Positions 38,410 to 48,289 of a stretch of DNA of 64,000 bases are shown here, piece by piece (position 1 is the first letter of the stretch; the number at the start of each line of letters is the position of its first letter). The position numbers were made by a program, and so were the translations under genes. The notes under the pieces are model-generated. The model did no database searches and was not told the origin of the DNA. It was given only the letters and a program-made list of their open reading frames with translations. The stretch spans positions 1 to 64,000 of the IMG/VR virus record IMGVR_UViG_3300032046_001865. One strand, written 5' to 3'. The stretch is from an uncultured virus (IMG/VR IMGVR_UViG_3300032046_001865) (Duplodnaviria > Heunggongvirae > Uroviricota > Caudoviricetes).

Positions 38410-40815
38410 ATGTACATCCACCTTCAAACATCACACCAAGTCGTCACGCTACCAGACGATTTTCTCACTCTCAAACAGATCGATGGTGAGGATCTCGTTT
38501 TTGAACTGAAGTACCTTTTTGATCAAGAGGTAGGGATCAAACAGGGCATCACGAGCGTGAGCGTCGAGATCGCAAAGAATTCTCCGCCGAAGTTCGCGTC
38601 AGATGATCCAAACATCGTGCGTGGGATCCAGCAGCAAAAGGGTATTCACACGCGACGAATCACGAACTACATCAAGAATGATCTCGTCACGACAGTCGCG
38701 AGTGATCCTACTAAAAACGTGAACAACGAGATCGTTCCTCTTTACAAGCGTGGGTTCAACTCAACGCAGATCCCACAGCTTTTTTCTCGCAGGTTGAAAG
38801 CAGTTCGTCTTCAAGATGCAAAGAACCCGATCACTCTTGTAAACGCACAACACGATGTTGGCGAAGAAAGCTCGGAACAGAAGATCGCCGAAGAGCTCTT
38901 GATGCTTGGCGCAGATCCCAGCATGTCATACGAGGAAAATGATCTTGGGTTGTCGTTGAACGAGAGTCATAACGGCACACATCGTGCTAGTCCATCGGTC
39001 TTCACCACCAAGGTTCAGAAGACGTTGTACAAGTATAAAATGCTACCACATCTGAAGCCCATCGAACAAACATCGCCAGGTGAAGTCGGTGTCGTTATTT
39101 TCGATGACAGCGCAACACCCGATCAGTTCGTAACGGAACGTGTAACCGTTGACGGTCGTCACGCCGAAGTAAAAGACAAGATCAGGTTCACGCTGCCTGC
39201 TACAAGTCCAGATAGACTCACACTGATCCTGAAGGCAAAGGATTCATCTGGCGTGACAATGCAGATCCTTGAACGTGTGTTCCATCCACGTGAGTACATC
39301 AAGTACTTCAGCATTCCTACGATCGCTCCGATTGTCAAGTTGAGCAATCAAACTGACAAGACGTACGGCATGCTTAGCATCAAACAGGTCGATCCAGTTG
39401 CCACACATGTTCGTGTTTACAAGCGTGTGTATGATCACTTCACGGTCAACGACGAACAATACACTCTTGTGAATGAGTTCGATCTAGTTCCATCAAATGG
39501 TTGGAAATACATCCCAGTGGAGATATCGTTGGGCAACACGAACATCTACCGTGTGGTCCCGCTCAGCGCGCTTGGCATTCATGGTTCAGACTTTGCAACC
39601 ATCGTAGTCAAGCCTAAAATGCGAAATCCAGCGATAAAACGCGTCGTTGTCACGACGAAACCACAGCTACAGAGCGTGTTGCTAGAGGTGTCAAAACTCC
39701 CATCAGACTGCGTGTCGTTTCAGATGCTACGTGAAGATGTGACACTTGACAAAGGAACGCGCGTGTTTGTTGAAACCCCTGTGAGAACAGAAAGCAACGA
39801 TCCTAACCATGTGTACACGCTCACTGACATAGGCGTCAAACAGAACCATGTGTACGCTTACCACTGTCGCATCTTCAGGAAGACAGGAAGTCACGAGGAT
39901 AGGTTGGCGACCCATTACGAGCACGTCGCGCTCGTTGAGAACGTCGTTGAAACAAAGATCGTTGATACGATGTTGCAGCTAACAAACTCAGGTTACGACG
40001 TCCAGTTCACCATCTCCACCACAGTTGTGAGCACGAACGTTGATCAGATCAAGCAGATGCTGGAACGTCAAGGTTTGTACGAGATATTCAAGGATGACGT
40101 GGCAGATGTTCGCGATCAGCTTGCGAAGCTGATCGCTCATAACGTGAAACGAGTTGATTTGACTACAGGCGACGTTGAGGATTTCGGGACTGTCACGGCA
40201 GATAAATTCTCTGATCTCACATCACGAAATGTGACAGGCGTCTCTGAACTACGTTTAGGTCACAAGTACCGATACATCGTGACCGCTCTTTTACGCACCC
40301 CCGAAACGCTGTTGGAGTCGTTCATCAAGACATCGCGTGACACGATCACCGGACGTGATTACTCGTACAGTCCGTTCAAATTCCTTCACCCTGTCGTAGC
40401 AAAATACGGGAACATCGTGACTCCAAGCTCAATCCGCACGAACTACTCCAAAGATCCCATGACATTTGGAGAGATTGGCAACCACACTACGGTTGAGATC
40501 GCGCTTGACAAGCAGAACTCAATCATCACGTCTGCTACACGTGTGAAGAAAGGAAGCGACGTTGATGTGCTTCAATGGGTGCTGGTTGGCCCTTCTAAGG
40601 ACGTTGATCACTTCCAGATTGTCGTTGAACACGGTGGGAAGAAGACGACCGTCGGCAAAGCAACGTGCGTGCCAGAGACCGACAACTTCTTGTATGTGCG
40701 ACGTCTAGATCAAACAGAAGTTGGTCTTGATCTGAAGTACTACGTGTGTCCTGTGTACCACGATTACGTTCGCGGTCGCGAAATCCTTGTGGCAAACACC
40801 GAGGGCAGCTCGTGA
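38410..40815 (+). CDS. Putative virion structural protein (beta-rich, FN3-like segments)
   Basis: ~800 aa; YRVV/YAYH/YRYIV strands; operon context. Confidence 0.55.
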   Translation: MYIHLQTSHQVVTLPDDFLTLKQIDGEDLVFELKYLFDQEVGIKQGITSVSVEIAKNSPPKFASDDPNIVRGIQQQKGIHTRRITNYIKNDLVTTVASDPTKNVNNEIVPLYKRGFNSTQIPQLFSRRLKAVRLQDAKNPITLVNAQHDVGEESSEQKIAEELLMLGADPSMSYEENDLGLSLNESHNGTHRASPSVFTTKVQKTLYKYKMLPHLKPIEQTSPGEVGVVIFDDSATPDQFVTERVTVDGRHAEVKDKIRFTLPATSPDRLTLILKAKDSSGVTMQILERVFHPREYIKYFSIPTIAPIVKLSNQTDKTYGMLSIKQVDPVATHVRVYKRVYDHFTVNDEQYTLVNEFDLVPSNGWKYIPVEISLGNTNIYRVVPLSALGIHGSDFATIVVKPKMRNPAIKRVVVTTKPQLQSVLLEVSKLPSDCVSFQMLREDVTLDKGTRVFVETPVRTESNDPNHVYTLTDIGVKQNHVYAYHCRIFRKTGSHEDRLATHYEHVALVENVVETKIVDTMLQLTNSGYDVQFTISTTVVSTNVDQIKQMLERQGLYEIFKDDVADVRDQLAKLIAHNVKRVDLTTGDVEDFGTVTADKFSDLTSRNVTGVSELRLGHKYRYIVTALLRTPETLLESFIKTSRDTITGRDYSYSPFKFLHPVVAKYGNIVTPSSIRTNYSKDPMTFGEIGNHTTVEIALDKQNSIITSATRVKKGSDVDVLQWVLVGPSKDVDHFQIVVEHGGKKTTVGKATCVPETDNFLYVRRLDQTEVGLDLKYYVCPVYHDYVRGREILVANTEGSS

Positions 40816-43800
40816 GCATCACCGTGAGGAAATCGGCTGTCACCGCAGCCTCCATCTCCATCCAACCAAAACCACTTGTTTCAACGTCTGCAATCGTCTC
40901 AACTACCACTAGTCAAAAACTGTCCATAACGAACATTTTGGCATCGTTGGCTGTAGCACCTGCAAAATCAAAGTTCTCGTTCGATCGCTTCGACTTCAAG
41001 GCAATCTACACAGGGTTGTACCTGACTGCACCTGATCGTCGTTACAACGATGAACTCCCACATTCGACAGCAAAGTTCACAGCGTTCGAAGAACTAAGCG
41101 GCATCGCTTCCTCTAGGCCAGACATCCTCAGCGTTTCCGAGTTCAAACCACTGTTTGAAGGAAACAACAGTGGATTCACAGCTGCAGGTGAGTTCATGGA
41201 TGCGCAAGTAAAGCTGATGAACCTACGGCATGAAGCTGTCGTCACACTCGTCAACGATCTCAAGAAGGACGAGAAGTTAGCGGAACAACTGGATCAGATC
41301 GAACGCGATTTCCTTCTACATGTGGAGAACCTGAAATCACAAGCAGATTTCTTGGTCAGCTTGCAGAAGTACATCCAACGCCTCAGCAACCTTCTTGATC
41401 TGCGTGACACCGGCACAAAGATCGATGCTGCTGCTCTGTTGGCCCAGTACTACTCGTCAATCTACAACAACGTCACGTCGGCAAAAGATACGTTGCCAAT
41501 CTTCACGTACGCTGATCTGCTTGGACAGCATGGTTTTGACAAGAAAAATGTGAATGGGTTCAGCAGCACCAAGATCCTTCTTCAAACGCTGTTTGAGGCG
41601 AAAAAGATCCTTAGAGCAGGCAGTGATTCCCTAGTGAGTGTGGATGTGTCTCTCGCTGCGAAAGACAAAGACGCGTCAACGATCAATCGACGTGTTTACA
41701 GCGATCCACACGTGAAACTCGGAAAAATCACAGACTTCCCAAGCTTTTCAGACGTTGCAACGTTTGGGATCCATAACTCAGACACCAAACGAACGTCGTA
41801 CGTGAAGCAGTTGGAAAATGGTTTCCGTGCCATCGACACTGTGTATGCAGGCGCGTCTTCAGACGAGATCGCTTACACGCTAAAATTGCGGACATTTGCC
41901 CGTGAAGCGTCGTATTCTAAAGCGTTGAACGATCCCGCGGTGTCAACTCTGTTGTCGCAGTACGGCTACCAGCTCAGCACAACTGTTGGAAATCAGCAAC
42001 TGTTTGATGCAGTTTACGGACAACTAGGAAGTCGCATCACCGACGATCGAACAGGTGTGAACGCGAACTCGTTGAGTTCGATCGCCTCTCGGATCGTCGG
42101 TGACGTCTCTGTGCTCACCTACGAGGTCGATTACCTCGAGGATGATCAGGGGAGCGTGTTCACGCCAGGCGCAGCATTTTACATTGGCTCCACGGTCAAA
42201 CCAAGTGACAACGGGTTCTCTATCGACAACGCAGCTGCTCTTGTGTCAAGACTGTCAACGATCATCGACAAATACGTGGATTTTGTCGGAAAATTCAACA
42301 TCCTACCGCGTGTTGGAAACATCCTTAACACGCAGTCTGAAACGCAGTTGATCACCGATCCTTCGTTGATGACCAACGCGTTGTACAGCATCTTTGTGGA
42401 AAGCGACGGCAACCACTTGATGAACGACGTGGAGGATAATCCAATAGTCAACCTCTTCGCAGAGGCAGCCACGAACGCGACGTTGCGCGCGAACCTGCAC
42501 CTGTACATGTGTTGCGTTGGCAACGTGACAGGCGATGGCTTGGTGGACGCCGTTGGTGCTCGTGAGAACGCCGGCGTGAGTCTGAGTCAGGAATCGTTGA
42601 ACGCGGCAGCGGCCGCTGAGAATCGCAATGCGGCCATCAGCCCAACGATTGACAAGCTCATCAACAACTGTATCTCTTACTACAAGAGCATCACGAAGGA
42701 TTCTGCACGAGCAGCCAAGATCGAACACTCGTTGAAGAATTTCAACGAGCAAGGTCCATTGGCTCGATCGATCGCCTACGTGGTTGCGGTCTACGGAACA
42801 TACAAGAAGATCGCGGAATCTAGTCCAACACGTTACTCACACCTCACAGACAACATGATGGTCGCACTGTCAGTGCAAAGCGTGTTCGACACCGCACGTC
42901 GCTACGCCTCGGCAGGTGTGAGCCAAAATGTTGCGATGTTGGCGAACCAGAACTTTGCAGCAGTCGCCAGCAGCAAAGGTTCGTTGGTCGCAAGTCTCTT
43001 TGGATCGCAAACGACGACTCAACACGTCGTTGCTGCTCCCACCACGAAGACGACCGCGAAAGCTCTTGGTCGTGTGAAGTTGCCAGCTCAACCAACCGTC
43101 GCTGTCAAGGCGCCCGTGCTGAGTAGGGCAAGGATCACCACAAAGTTGCCTTTGAAGCAAGCTGTGTTGGCAAGGTTGGATCGTGAAGAAACGCTTTCCA
43201 TTCGCACAGCGTTGGCTCCTCTCAACGCGATTCGAGTCGTTCGTGACGGGTTGAAGGATTACGTTGTCTACCTGCAAAAAGCAGACAGTGTCAAGATGAT
43301 CAACGATATCTTGGCGGTCGTTGGCGATCGAAAGCTTGTTGAACTGTTAGGTGATCGTGGGCAAGTACAACTGCTCTACAACACTGTGGAAGGCATTCTT
43401 GAGAAGATCGATCCGGCGTCGACAACAAACGCAACCGTCACCAATCTTGTCGATGTCACGTCTCTAACACGTTCGGTCGATCCGGCCGAGGATCTGAAGA
43501 TCTTCGATGACTCCTTCATCACAAGCAAGACGCTTGATGTGCTTAAGGCTGTCTTTTCGAACGCGAAGTACAACATCGCGCGAGGCTCAAACATTCGTGT
43601 CATCACCTTTGGTCTTCCACATGGCTTCGCGGCGAAGTTAAGGAACAAGTTCAAGTTGACAAGCTTTGCCGAGCAGGTAAACAGCAAGTTGAAGCAGAAC
43701 GACGTGGTGATCGCAGACGTGTACAAAGTCGACGTTCGTTACCCCGATCTTGTCTTCAAGCCGATCTCGCGCGTGTTCGAGCTGAGCCGTTTCCCAGTGC

Positions 43801-44660
43801 GTAACGAGAACAGCTTCAAGAAGGCGGGCGTAGGCATGTCTCTTGAAGACGCGTTGGATGCCGTTCCAACCAGAGATTACACGAACATCGACTCGCCTGT
43901 CACGACAACAGACGTGCCTCAATTTGGATCTGGCGCGAACGTTGCGTACGACTTCTTGACAAAACTTGATCGTTTGAGCATGATCCGTAACCACACAACA
44001 AGCTACATGCTCGAGCTCTACTTTCGCATCTTGACTGGCATCCCGTTGAGCGAGCGCGAGCTTTACATTGCCGATCCCGATGAAAATGATCGTCCTATGC
44101 CGTTCATCGTGCGTGCCGTGTTGAACAACATCACCGAAAAGACATTCAAGGCTCCGCCGCCTCCACCGACGCCGAAAGTTGTGCCTCCTATGCTCGCTAC
44201 TGCGATAGCAGAAAAAGGAAAATGGTCTGCTGTCAACGGGAAGTTCGACGTCAAAATTGAGAGCAGTGGTGCTACAAGATACCTCGTGGGAACGAAAGCA
44301 CACGCCGCGGTGATCGCACCGTTGGCCAGTAAAATGACAGTGTACATCGATCATGCCACTTCTGGCAAATACATGATGTCACCCAAGCTCTTCGAACGTG
44401 TCTTCTTTGTGGACATCGATCCTGACGACTACGAGATCGATCACGACGAGACATTCAAGACCGAAGCGGGTCGCAAAATGTTCACACAGTTGCAGCAAGC
44501 CGGCGAAGTGGTGACCATCACCAACAGTTTCGAACAGGCTAATTCGCTGTCACGCGACACCTACAAGCTCAAAGATCACACGATAGAAAAACAGATGATC
44601 TTCGAGAAGTACTTCATCACCGTTCGATCCTACGCGCCACTCCCTGTGAGGTCAATTTGA
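40812..44660 (+). CDS. Large putative virion protein
   Basis: ~1280 aa, overlap-coupled; no recognised domain. Confidence 0.55.
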   Translation: MSITVRKSAVTAASISIQPKPLVSTSAIVSTTTSQKLSITNILASLAVAPAKSKFSFDRFDFKAIYTGLYLTAPDRRYNDELPHSTAKFTAFEELSGIASSRPDILSVSEFKPLFEGNNSGFTAAGEFMDAQVKLMNLRHEAVVTLVNDLKKDEKLAEQLDQIERDFLLHVENLKSQADFLVSLQKYIQRLSNLLDLRDTGTKIDAAALLAQYYSSIYNNVTSAKDTLPIFTYADLLGQHGFDKKNVNGFSSTKILLQTLFEAKKILRAGSDSLVSVDVSLAAKDKDASTINRRVYSDPHVKLGKITDFPSFSDVATFGIHNSDTKRTSYVKQLENGFRAIDTVYAGASSDEIAYTLKLRTFAREASYSKALNDPAVSTLLSQYGYQLSTTVGNQQLFDAVYGQLGSRITDDRTGVNANSLSSIASRIVGDVSVLTYEVDYLEDDQGSVFTPGAAFYIGSTVKPSDNGFSIDNAAALVSRLSTIIDKYVDFVGKFNILPRVGNILNTQSETQLITDPSLMTNALYSIFVESDGNHLMNDVEDNPIVNLFAEAATNATLRANLHLYMCCVGNVTGDGLVDAVGARENAGVSLSQESLNAAAAAENRNAAISPTIDKLINNCISYYKSITKDSARAAKIEHSLKNFNEQGPLARSIAYVVAVYGTYKKIAESSPTRYSHLTDNMMVALSVQSVFDTARRYASAGVSQNVAMLANQNFAAVASSKGSLVASLFGSQTTTQHVVAAPTTKTTAKALGRVKLPAQPTVAVKAPVLSRARITTKLPLKQAVLARLDREETLSIRTALAPLNAIRVVRDGLKDYVVYLQKADSVKMINDILAVVGDRKLVELLGDRGQVQLLYNTVEGILEKIDPASTTNATVTNLVDVTSLTRSVDPAEDLKIFDDSFITSKTLDVLKAVFSNAKYNIARGSNIRVITFGLPHGFAAKLRNKFKLTSFAEQVNSKLKQNDVVIADVYKVDVRYPDLVFKPISRVFELSRFPVRNENSFKKAGVGMSLEDALDAVPTRDYTNIDSPVTTTDVPQFGSGANVAYDFLTKLDRLSMIRNHTTSYMLELYFRILTGIPLSERELYIADPDENDRPMPFIVRAVLNNITEKTFKAPPPPPTPKVVPPMLATAIAEKGKWSAVNGKFDVKIESSGATRYLVGTKAHAAVIAPLASKMTVYIDHATSGKYMMSPKLFERVFFVDIDPDDYEIDHDETFKTEAGRKMFTQLQQAGEVVTITNSFEQANSLSRDTYKLKDHTIEKQMIFEKYFITVRSYAPLPVRSI

Positions 44661-46519
44661 GCACATCTAAACCTTCAAGTGAGATCCACGTCATCGACGT
44701 TCCTGACGTAGGTGGGTTCACCTCGCGTTTCGTGTACAACTACCACATCAAGGATGAAGGCACGAACGGAGCTGCTGGCGTAGCGCAAGCCTTGCTGACG
44801 AAACCAGGCGAGTACTTCGACGCACACGTCGTTGACTACCTTGCGATGGCAAAAGCGCCACGCTACGTGGTCTTCACATGGAGTCCTGTCAGTTACCGTG
44901 ATCGGTTGTACGGACAGTCACCGTACTTCCAGGATGATGAGATCCCCAAAAATTACGTGCGTGACAACCTCGCAAATGTGTTGAGCGAGGAGCATTTCGC
45001 GTCCGACAAGTTCACAAGCTACAACATCAGTGATCAGAGCATTGATCGCAAGCTGTACTCGTACATCTCAGCATCAGCAAATGTGCTCAACTCGCAACGT
45101 CAGAACGCTTCGACGCAACGTGGTCTCGCGTTGCAGACGAACGAGCTCACGTCAAACCAGGTCGACTACCAGTTCCTTTCCAAGTACCTTGTGCAGCCAG
45201 CTGAGGACGGTGCGTTCTTTTACACACGTGACTCGCAACGTGTACGCAACGATGTTGTGAACAAGCTCAAGGATTTCAACATTCAGGTTCAACTCAACAA
45301 CAACATCATCCACACGTTGATCAAGCGCGCGATCGCATTTCCAGAGTCAACGTTTGACAGCGTTCACCTGCCGATGTACGAGGTCTCACGTAAGTTGCAA
45401 GGGAAAGCGCAGACACGCGGCATCAGAGACCTCAAGGCCGACGACTACAGAACCGTTGCCCCGGCGTACGTGAAGTTGAAAGCAATGAAATCAGCTGATC
45501 CAGGCCTTGCAACGCACGCTCGGATCGTTGGGTACATCATCAACCGGTACGAGATCTTGGGCGATGGACGATCAGTCGCCTTGGACCCGATCGTCATAGA
45601 GAACCCCAAAGCGTCGTCGACAGTTGACTTGAACGTGAAGTACTACGCGAGGTACCAGTACACTGTGCGTTCTGTGGCAGAGTTTAGCATCCCCTCAATC
45701 GTGGAGGATACAAACGAACTGGTGGTCTCGAAGTTCCTCATCGCCTCACGTCCAAGCGCACCACTAGTCGTGTCGTGTGTTGAGCTTGTGCCACCGCCGG
45801 CGCCGGCTGACGTGCGCTTCACATGGAACTGGGACACAGATAAACTCTTCATCAGTTGGTCGTTTCCACCCAACCCGCAACGTGACATCAAGCAGTTCCA
45901 GGTGTTTCGACGTCGCAGCACCACTGAACCGTTCGAGCTTGTGAAACAGATCTCCTTCGACGATTCCACGGTGCCTGCGCCTTACGCTGAACGCCCTGAT
46001 CCACGTCATGTAGAGGATGTCACGAACCCAAAACTCTGTTGGATCGACGACGAGTTCACACGTGATTCAAGCTTCATCTACGCGCTTGGCAGTGTAGACG
46101 CACATGGAATGGTCTCGACGTACGGTCCGCAATCGCAGGTGTCTTACCTCAAGTACCGTAACCGTCTGTCTGTTTCACGTGTCTCACCAGGCGGTGCGCC
46201 ACGCCCGTACCCAAATATGCATCTACGTGTTGACACGTTTGTCGACAGCGTGATCGAATCCAAGAAGCACACGATGAAGGTTGCCTTCGTCCCCGAACAC
46301 AACCTGATCATTGACAAGAACAACAACGACCTTGGGTTCATCAAGACAGAGGACAAGGGTGGTCACTACAAGATCCTAGCGATGAACACGGATCTAGCGA
46401 CAGCGCAGGTTGTGGACATCGTGATCAAGGATCAACGTCCAGCTGACGTTGTCCAAAAGCCACCGAGCGCTGTCGCGATCCCGGATTACGGGAACACGCT
46501 CGCGAAAAGTCTGAAGTGA
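44657..46519 (+). CDS. Putative virion protein with FN3-like region
   Basis: PPPAPADV..ISWSFP..FQVFRR..YALGSVDAHG. Confidence 0.6.
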   Translation: MSTSKPSSEIHVIDVPDVGGFTSRFVYNYHIKDEGTNGAAGVAQALLTKPGEYFDAHVVDYLAMAKAPRYVVFTWSPVSYRDRLYGQSPYFQDDEIPKNYVRDNLANVLSEEHFASDKFTSYNISDQSIDRKLYSYISASANVLNSQRQNASTQRGLALQTNELTSNQVDYQFLSKYLVQPAEDGAFFYTRDSQRVRNDVVNKLKDFNIQVQLNNNIIHTLIKRAIAFPESTFDSVHLPMYEVSRKLQGKAQTRGIRDLKADDYRTVAPAYVKLKAMKSADPGLATHARIVGYIINRYEILGDGRSVALDPIVIENPKASSTVDLNVKYYARYQYTVRSVAEFSIPSIVEDTNELVVSKFLIASRPSAPLVVSCVELVPPPAPADVRFTWNWDTDKLFISWSFPPNPQRDIKQFQVFRRRSTTEPFELVKQISFDDSTVPAPYAERPDPRHVEDVTNPKLCWIDDEFTRDSSFIYALGSVDAHGMVSTYGPQSQVSYLKYRNRLSVSRVSPGGAPRPYPNMHLRVDTFVDSVIESKKHTMKVAFVPEHNLIIDKNNNDLGFIKTEDKGGHYKILAMNTDLATAQVVDIVIKDQRPADVVQKPPSAVAIPDYGNTLAKSLK

Positions 46520-46526
46520 CGCTATC

Positions 46527-46805
46527 GTGGAAGGTGTGGAAATACCTCGAGTCCCTTGCTGCTCACATCAGATCTTCGCGTTGGTGGATGTGGACGTCAC
46601 GGTCCACCGTGTGGATCCTGACTTAGAGTTCGTCGTGTGCTCTCACTGCAACAGCGGATGGATCCGAGACGTTTCAGCGTGGACACGCTTAGACGAATCC
46701 ATGACACGATTGAACGTGCGAATAGATGCCTTGGGTGTACACATCAAGAAGATAGTAGACAGCACTAATGAGCTCGCGGCCGCGTTGCTGAAAGCAGATA
46801 CGTGA
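46527..46805 (+). CDS. Hypothetical protein
   Basis: CC..CSHC motif; coupled. Confidence 0.5.
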   Translation: MEGVEIPRVPCCSHQIFALVDVDVTVHRVDPDLEFVVCSHCNSGWIRDVSAWTRLDESMTRLNVRIDALGVHIKKIVDSTNELAAALLKADT

Positions 46806-47311
46806 GCCTTCTCATCTTACACGAGCCAGGCAACCGAGAAGCCTTGGCTGACATCCTCGGTGACATACAGGCACCATTGGTGGAGAAACCAACCGAGGAA
46901 TGGCTCACGACGCTCGTGGCGTGGATGGTTGACGAGCAGCCAGACGACGCTCGCGCGATCTACGTGTCGAACGACGCTACGTTCGCCGACGCGTTGCAGC
47001 TCACATGCGATGTTGGCGCTCGGTTGGAGGCTGAACTAGCTGGTAGGTTCAAGAAGATCGTCCCTGTTGAGGGAGCTGTCATCCCATTCACCAGCCTTGA
47101 TGGGGAACTATCGGCCTGTGTGGTCGATAACGTCAAGCTGACGATCATGAGCGAGGATCCAAGGGAGATCACCTGCGCGCTCGCTGCCGAGATGCTGAAG
47201 GCCGATCCATCGCACGACACCCTGTTCATCCGTCAGCTGATCAGGAAGTACACTGTGTCAGCTGGGTTTAGTCGTTACGACACACGTTTCGCAACCGCGA
47301 AGACGGCGTAG
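46802..47311 (+). CDS. Hypothetical protein
   Basis: GTGA-coupled ORF. Confidence 0.55.
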   Translation: MSLLILHEPGNREALADILGDIQAPLVEKPTEEWLTTLVAWMVDEQPDDARAIYVSNDATFADALQLTCDVGARLEAELAGRFKKIVPVEGAVIPFTSLDGELSACVVDNVKLTIMSEDPREITCALAAEMLKADPSHDTLFIRQLIRKYTVSAGFSRYDTRFATAKTA

Positions 47312-47314
47312 TTA
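47309..47314 (+). promoter_or_regulatory. TAGTTA, representative of a recurrent TANNTA putative late-promoter motif
   Basis: Similar hexamers lie 5-13 nt upstream of about 10 probable late genes. Confidence 0.5.
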
Positions 47315-47320
47315 CAAGGC

Positions 47321-47629
47321 ATGGACGAACAAGCTCTTCGAAAGTACGTGCGCACGATCTTGGAAGGTGCGATGAGCGAATCGATGACCGACAAGCAGCT
47401 TCTGCAGAAGGTCGACAACGGCCCGTTCCACTCGATGCCGATCGATGAACTCTCTCCAGAAGAGGTTGAGGCGGCTGAGACGTTGACGATGCGCGGGTTG
47501 CTCCGTCGCATGCCGGCGACAAACCGCTTCCCTGAGCGTTTCGTGCTCACCGCCGGAGGCAGTCACGCAACCGGCACGTTCGCCTCAGACACACTTCACG
47601 ACGAGAAGCCACGCCGTCGACGATACTGA
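47321..47629 (+). CDS. Hypothetical protein, possible head-internal protein
   Basis: LRKYVRTILEG N-terminal motif; TAGTTA upstream. Confidence 0.6.
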   Translation: MDEQALRKYVRTILEGAMSESMTDKQLLQKVDNGPFHSMPIDELSPEEVEAAETLTMRGLLRRMPATNRFPERFVLTAGGSHATGTFASDTLHDEKPRRRRY

Positions 47630-47663
47630 AGACAGCTAAAGTGACGGTCATGAGAACCTGGCT

Positions 47664-47945
47664 GTGACCGACGAGTACGCGTTGCTGATGGCCTTGGTTG
47701 AGCATGCCGAGTCAGGCGAGGCTGCCTACGAGCTGAGCGTCGACGTCGAGCACGTCGAGCAGACAGGTGACATCTACCGCACGTGCTGCGCCGTGTACGT
47801 TGACGGGGAGCAAGCGTTCTTGATCGACATGAAAGAGCTGTCCACGTGGCTGATCTCGCCGAGCAGGCTGAGGCCTTTCGGCAACGTTTACATACGAAAC
47901 AGACATCGCAAGGATTTCAGGCTTGAAGACGAACCGATGAAGTAG
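47664..47945 (+). CDS. Small protein, paralog of 48287..48568
   Basis: MTD..LL..L...AES...A..L.V....V.VDG.Q pattern shared. Confidence 0.6.
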   Translation: MTDEYALLMALVEHAESGEAAYELSVDVEHVEQTGDIYRTCCAVYVDGEQAFLIDMKELSTWLISPSRLRPFGNVYIRNRHRKDFRLEDEPMK

Positions 47946-48289
47946 GTTCTTGACATGTGTAAGACCAAACTGCAGCAACTGCGGATGTCGAAATGCGAGA
48001 ACAAGCTGTTCTCCTGCAGCGTTCATAAAATCGCCGAGAAGGCTGACGAACTCAACGAGCTGTTCAAGGATGGATGGCTCACTGAGGAGACGCAGGTCGT
48101 CGGCGACACGTACCTTGTGCTCTTGAAGAAGGAGCATTCCGGACGCAAGGTGTTCTACGTCGACGTGGGCAACATGGCGCCGGAGGAGGTCACAGCGTAC
48201 ATGGATCGTGTGAAGGAGCTGACGTCTAACCCGGACAAGGATAGCGACTTCTACATCCCAGGCAGGTGATCGCGTAGGTTCTTGACATG
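47942..48289 (+). repeat. 16-bp perfect direct repeat GTAGGTTCTTGACATG (47942-47957 and 48274-48289)
   Basis: Read directly; each copy ends in the ATG of a small gene. Confidence 0.9.
47955..48269 (+). CDS. Small protein carrying a portal (clip-region) fragment
   Basis: RKVFYVDVGNMAPEEVTAYMDRVK versus portal RRVFYVDVGGVAPDEIGAYMEAAK. Confidence 0.8.
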   Translation: MCKTKLQQLRMSKCENKLFSCSVHKIAEKADELNELFKDGWLTEETQVVGDTYLVLLKKEHSGRKVFYVDVGNMAPEEVTAYMDRVKELTSNPDKDSDFYIPGR

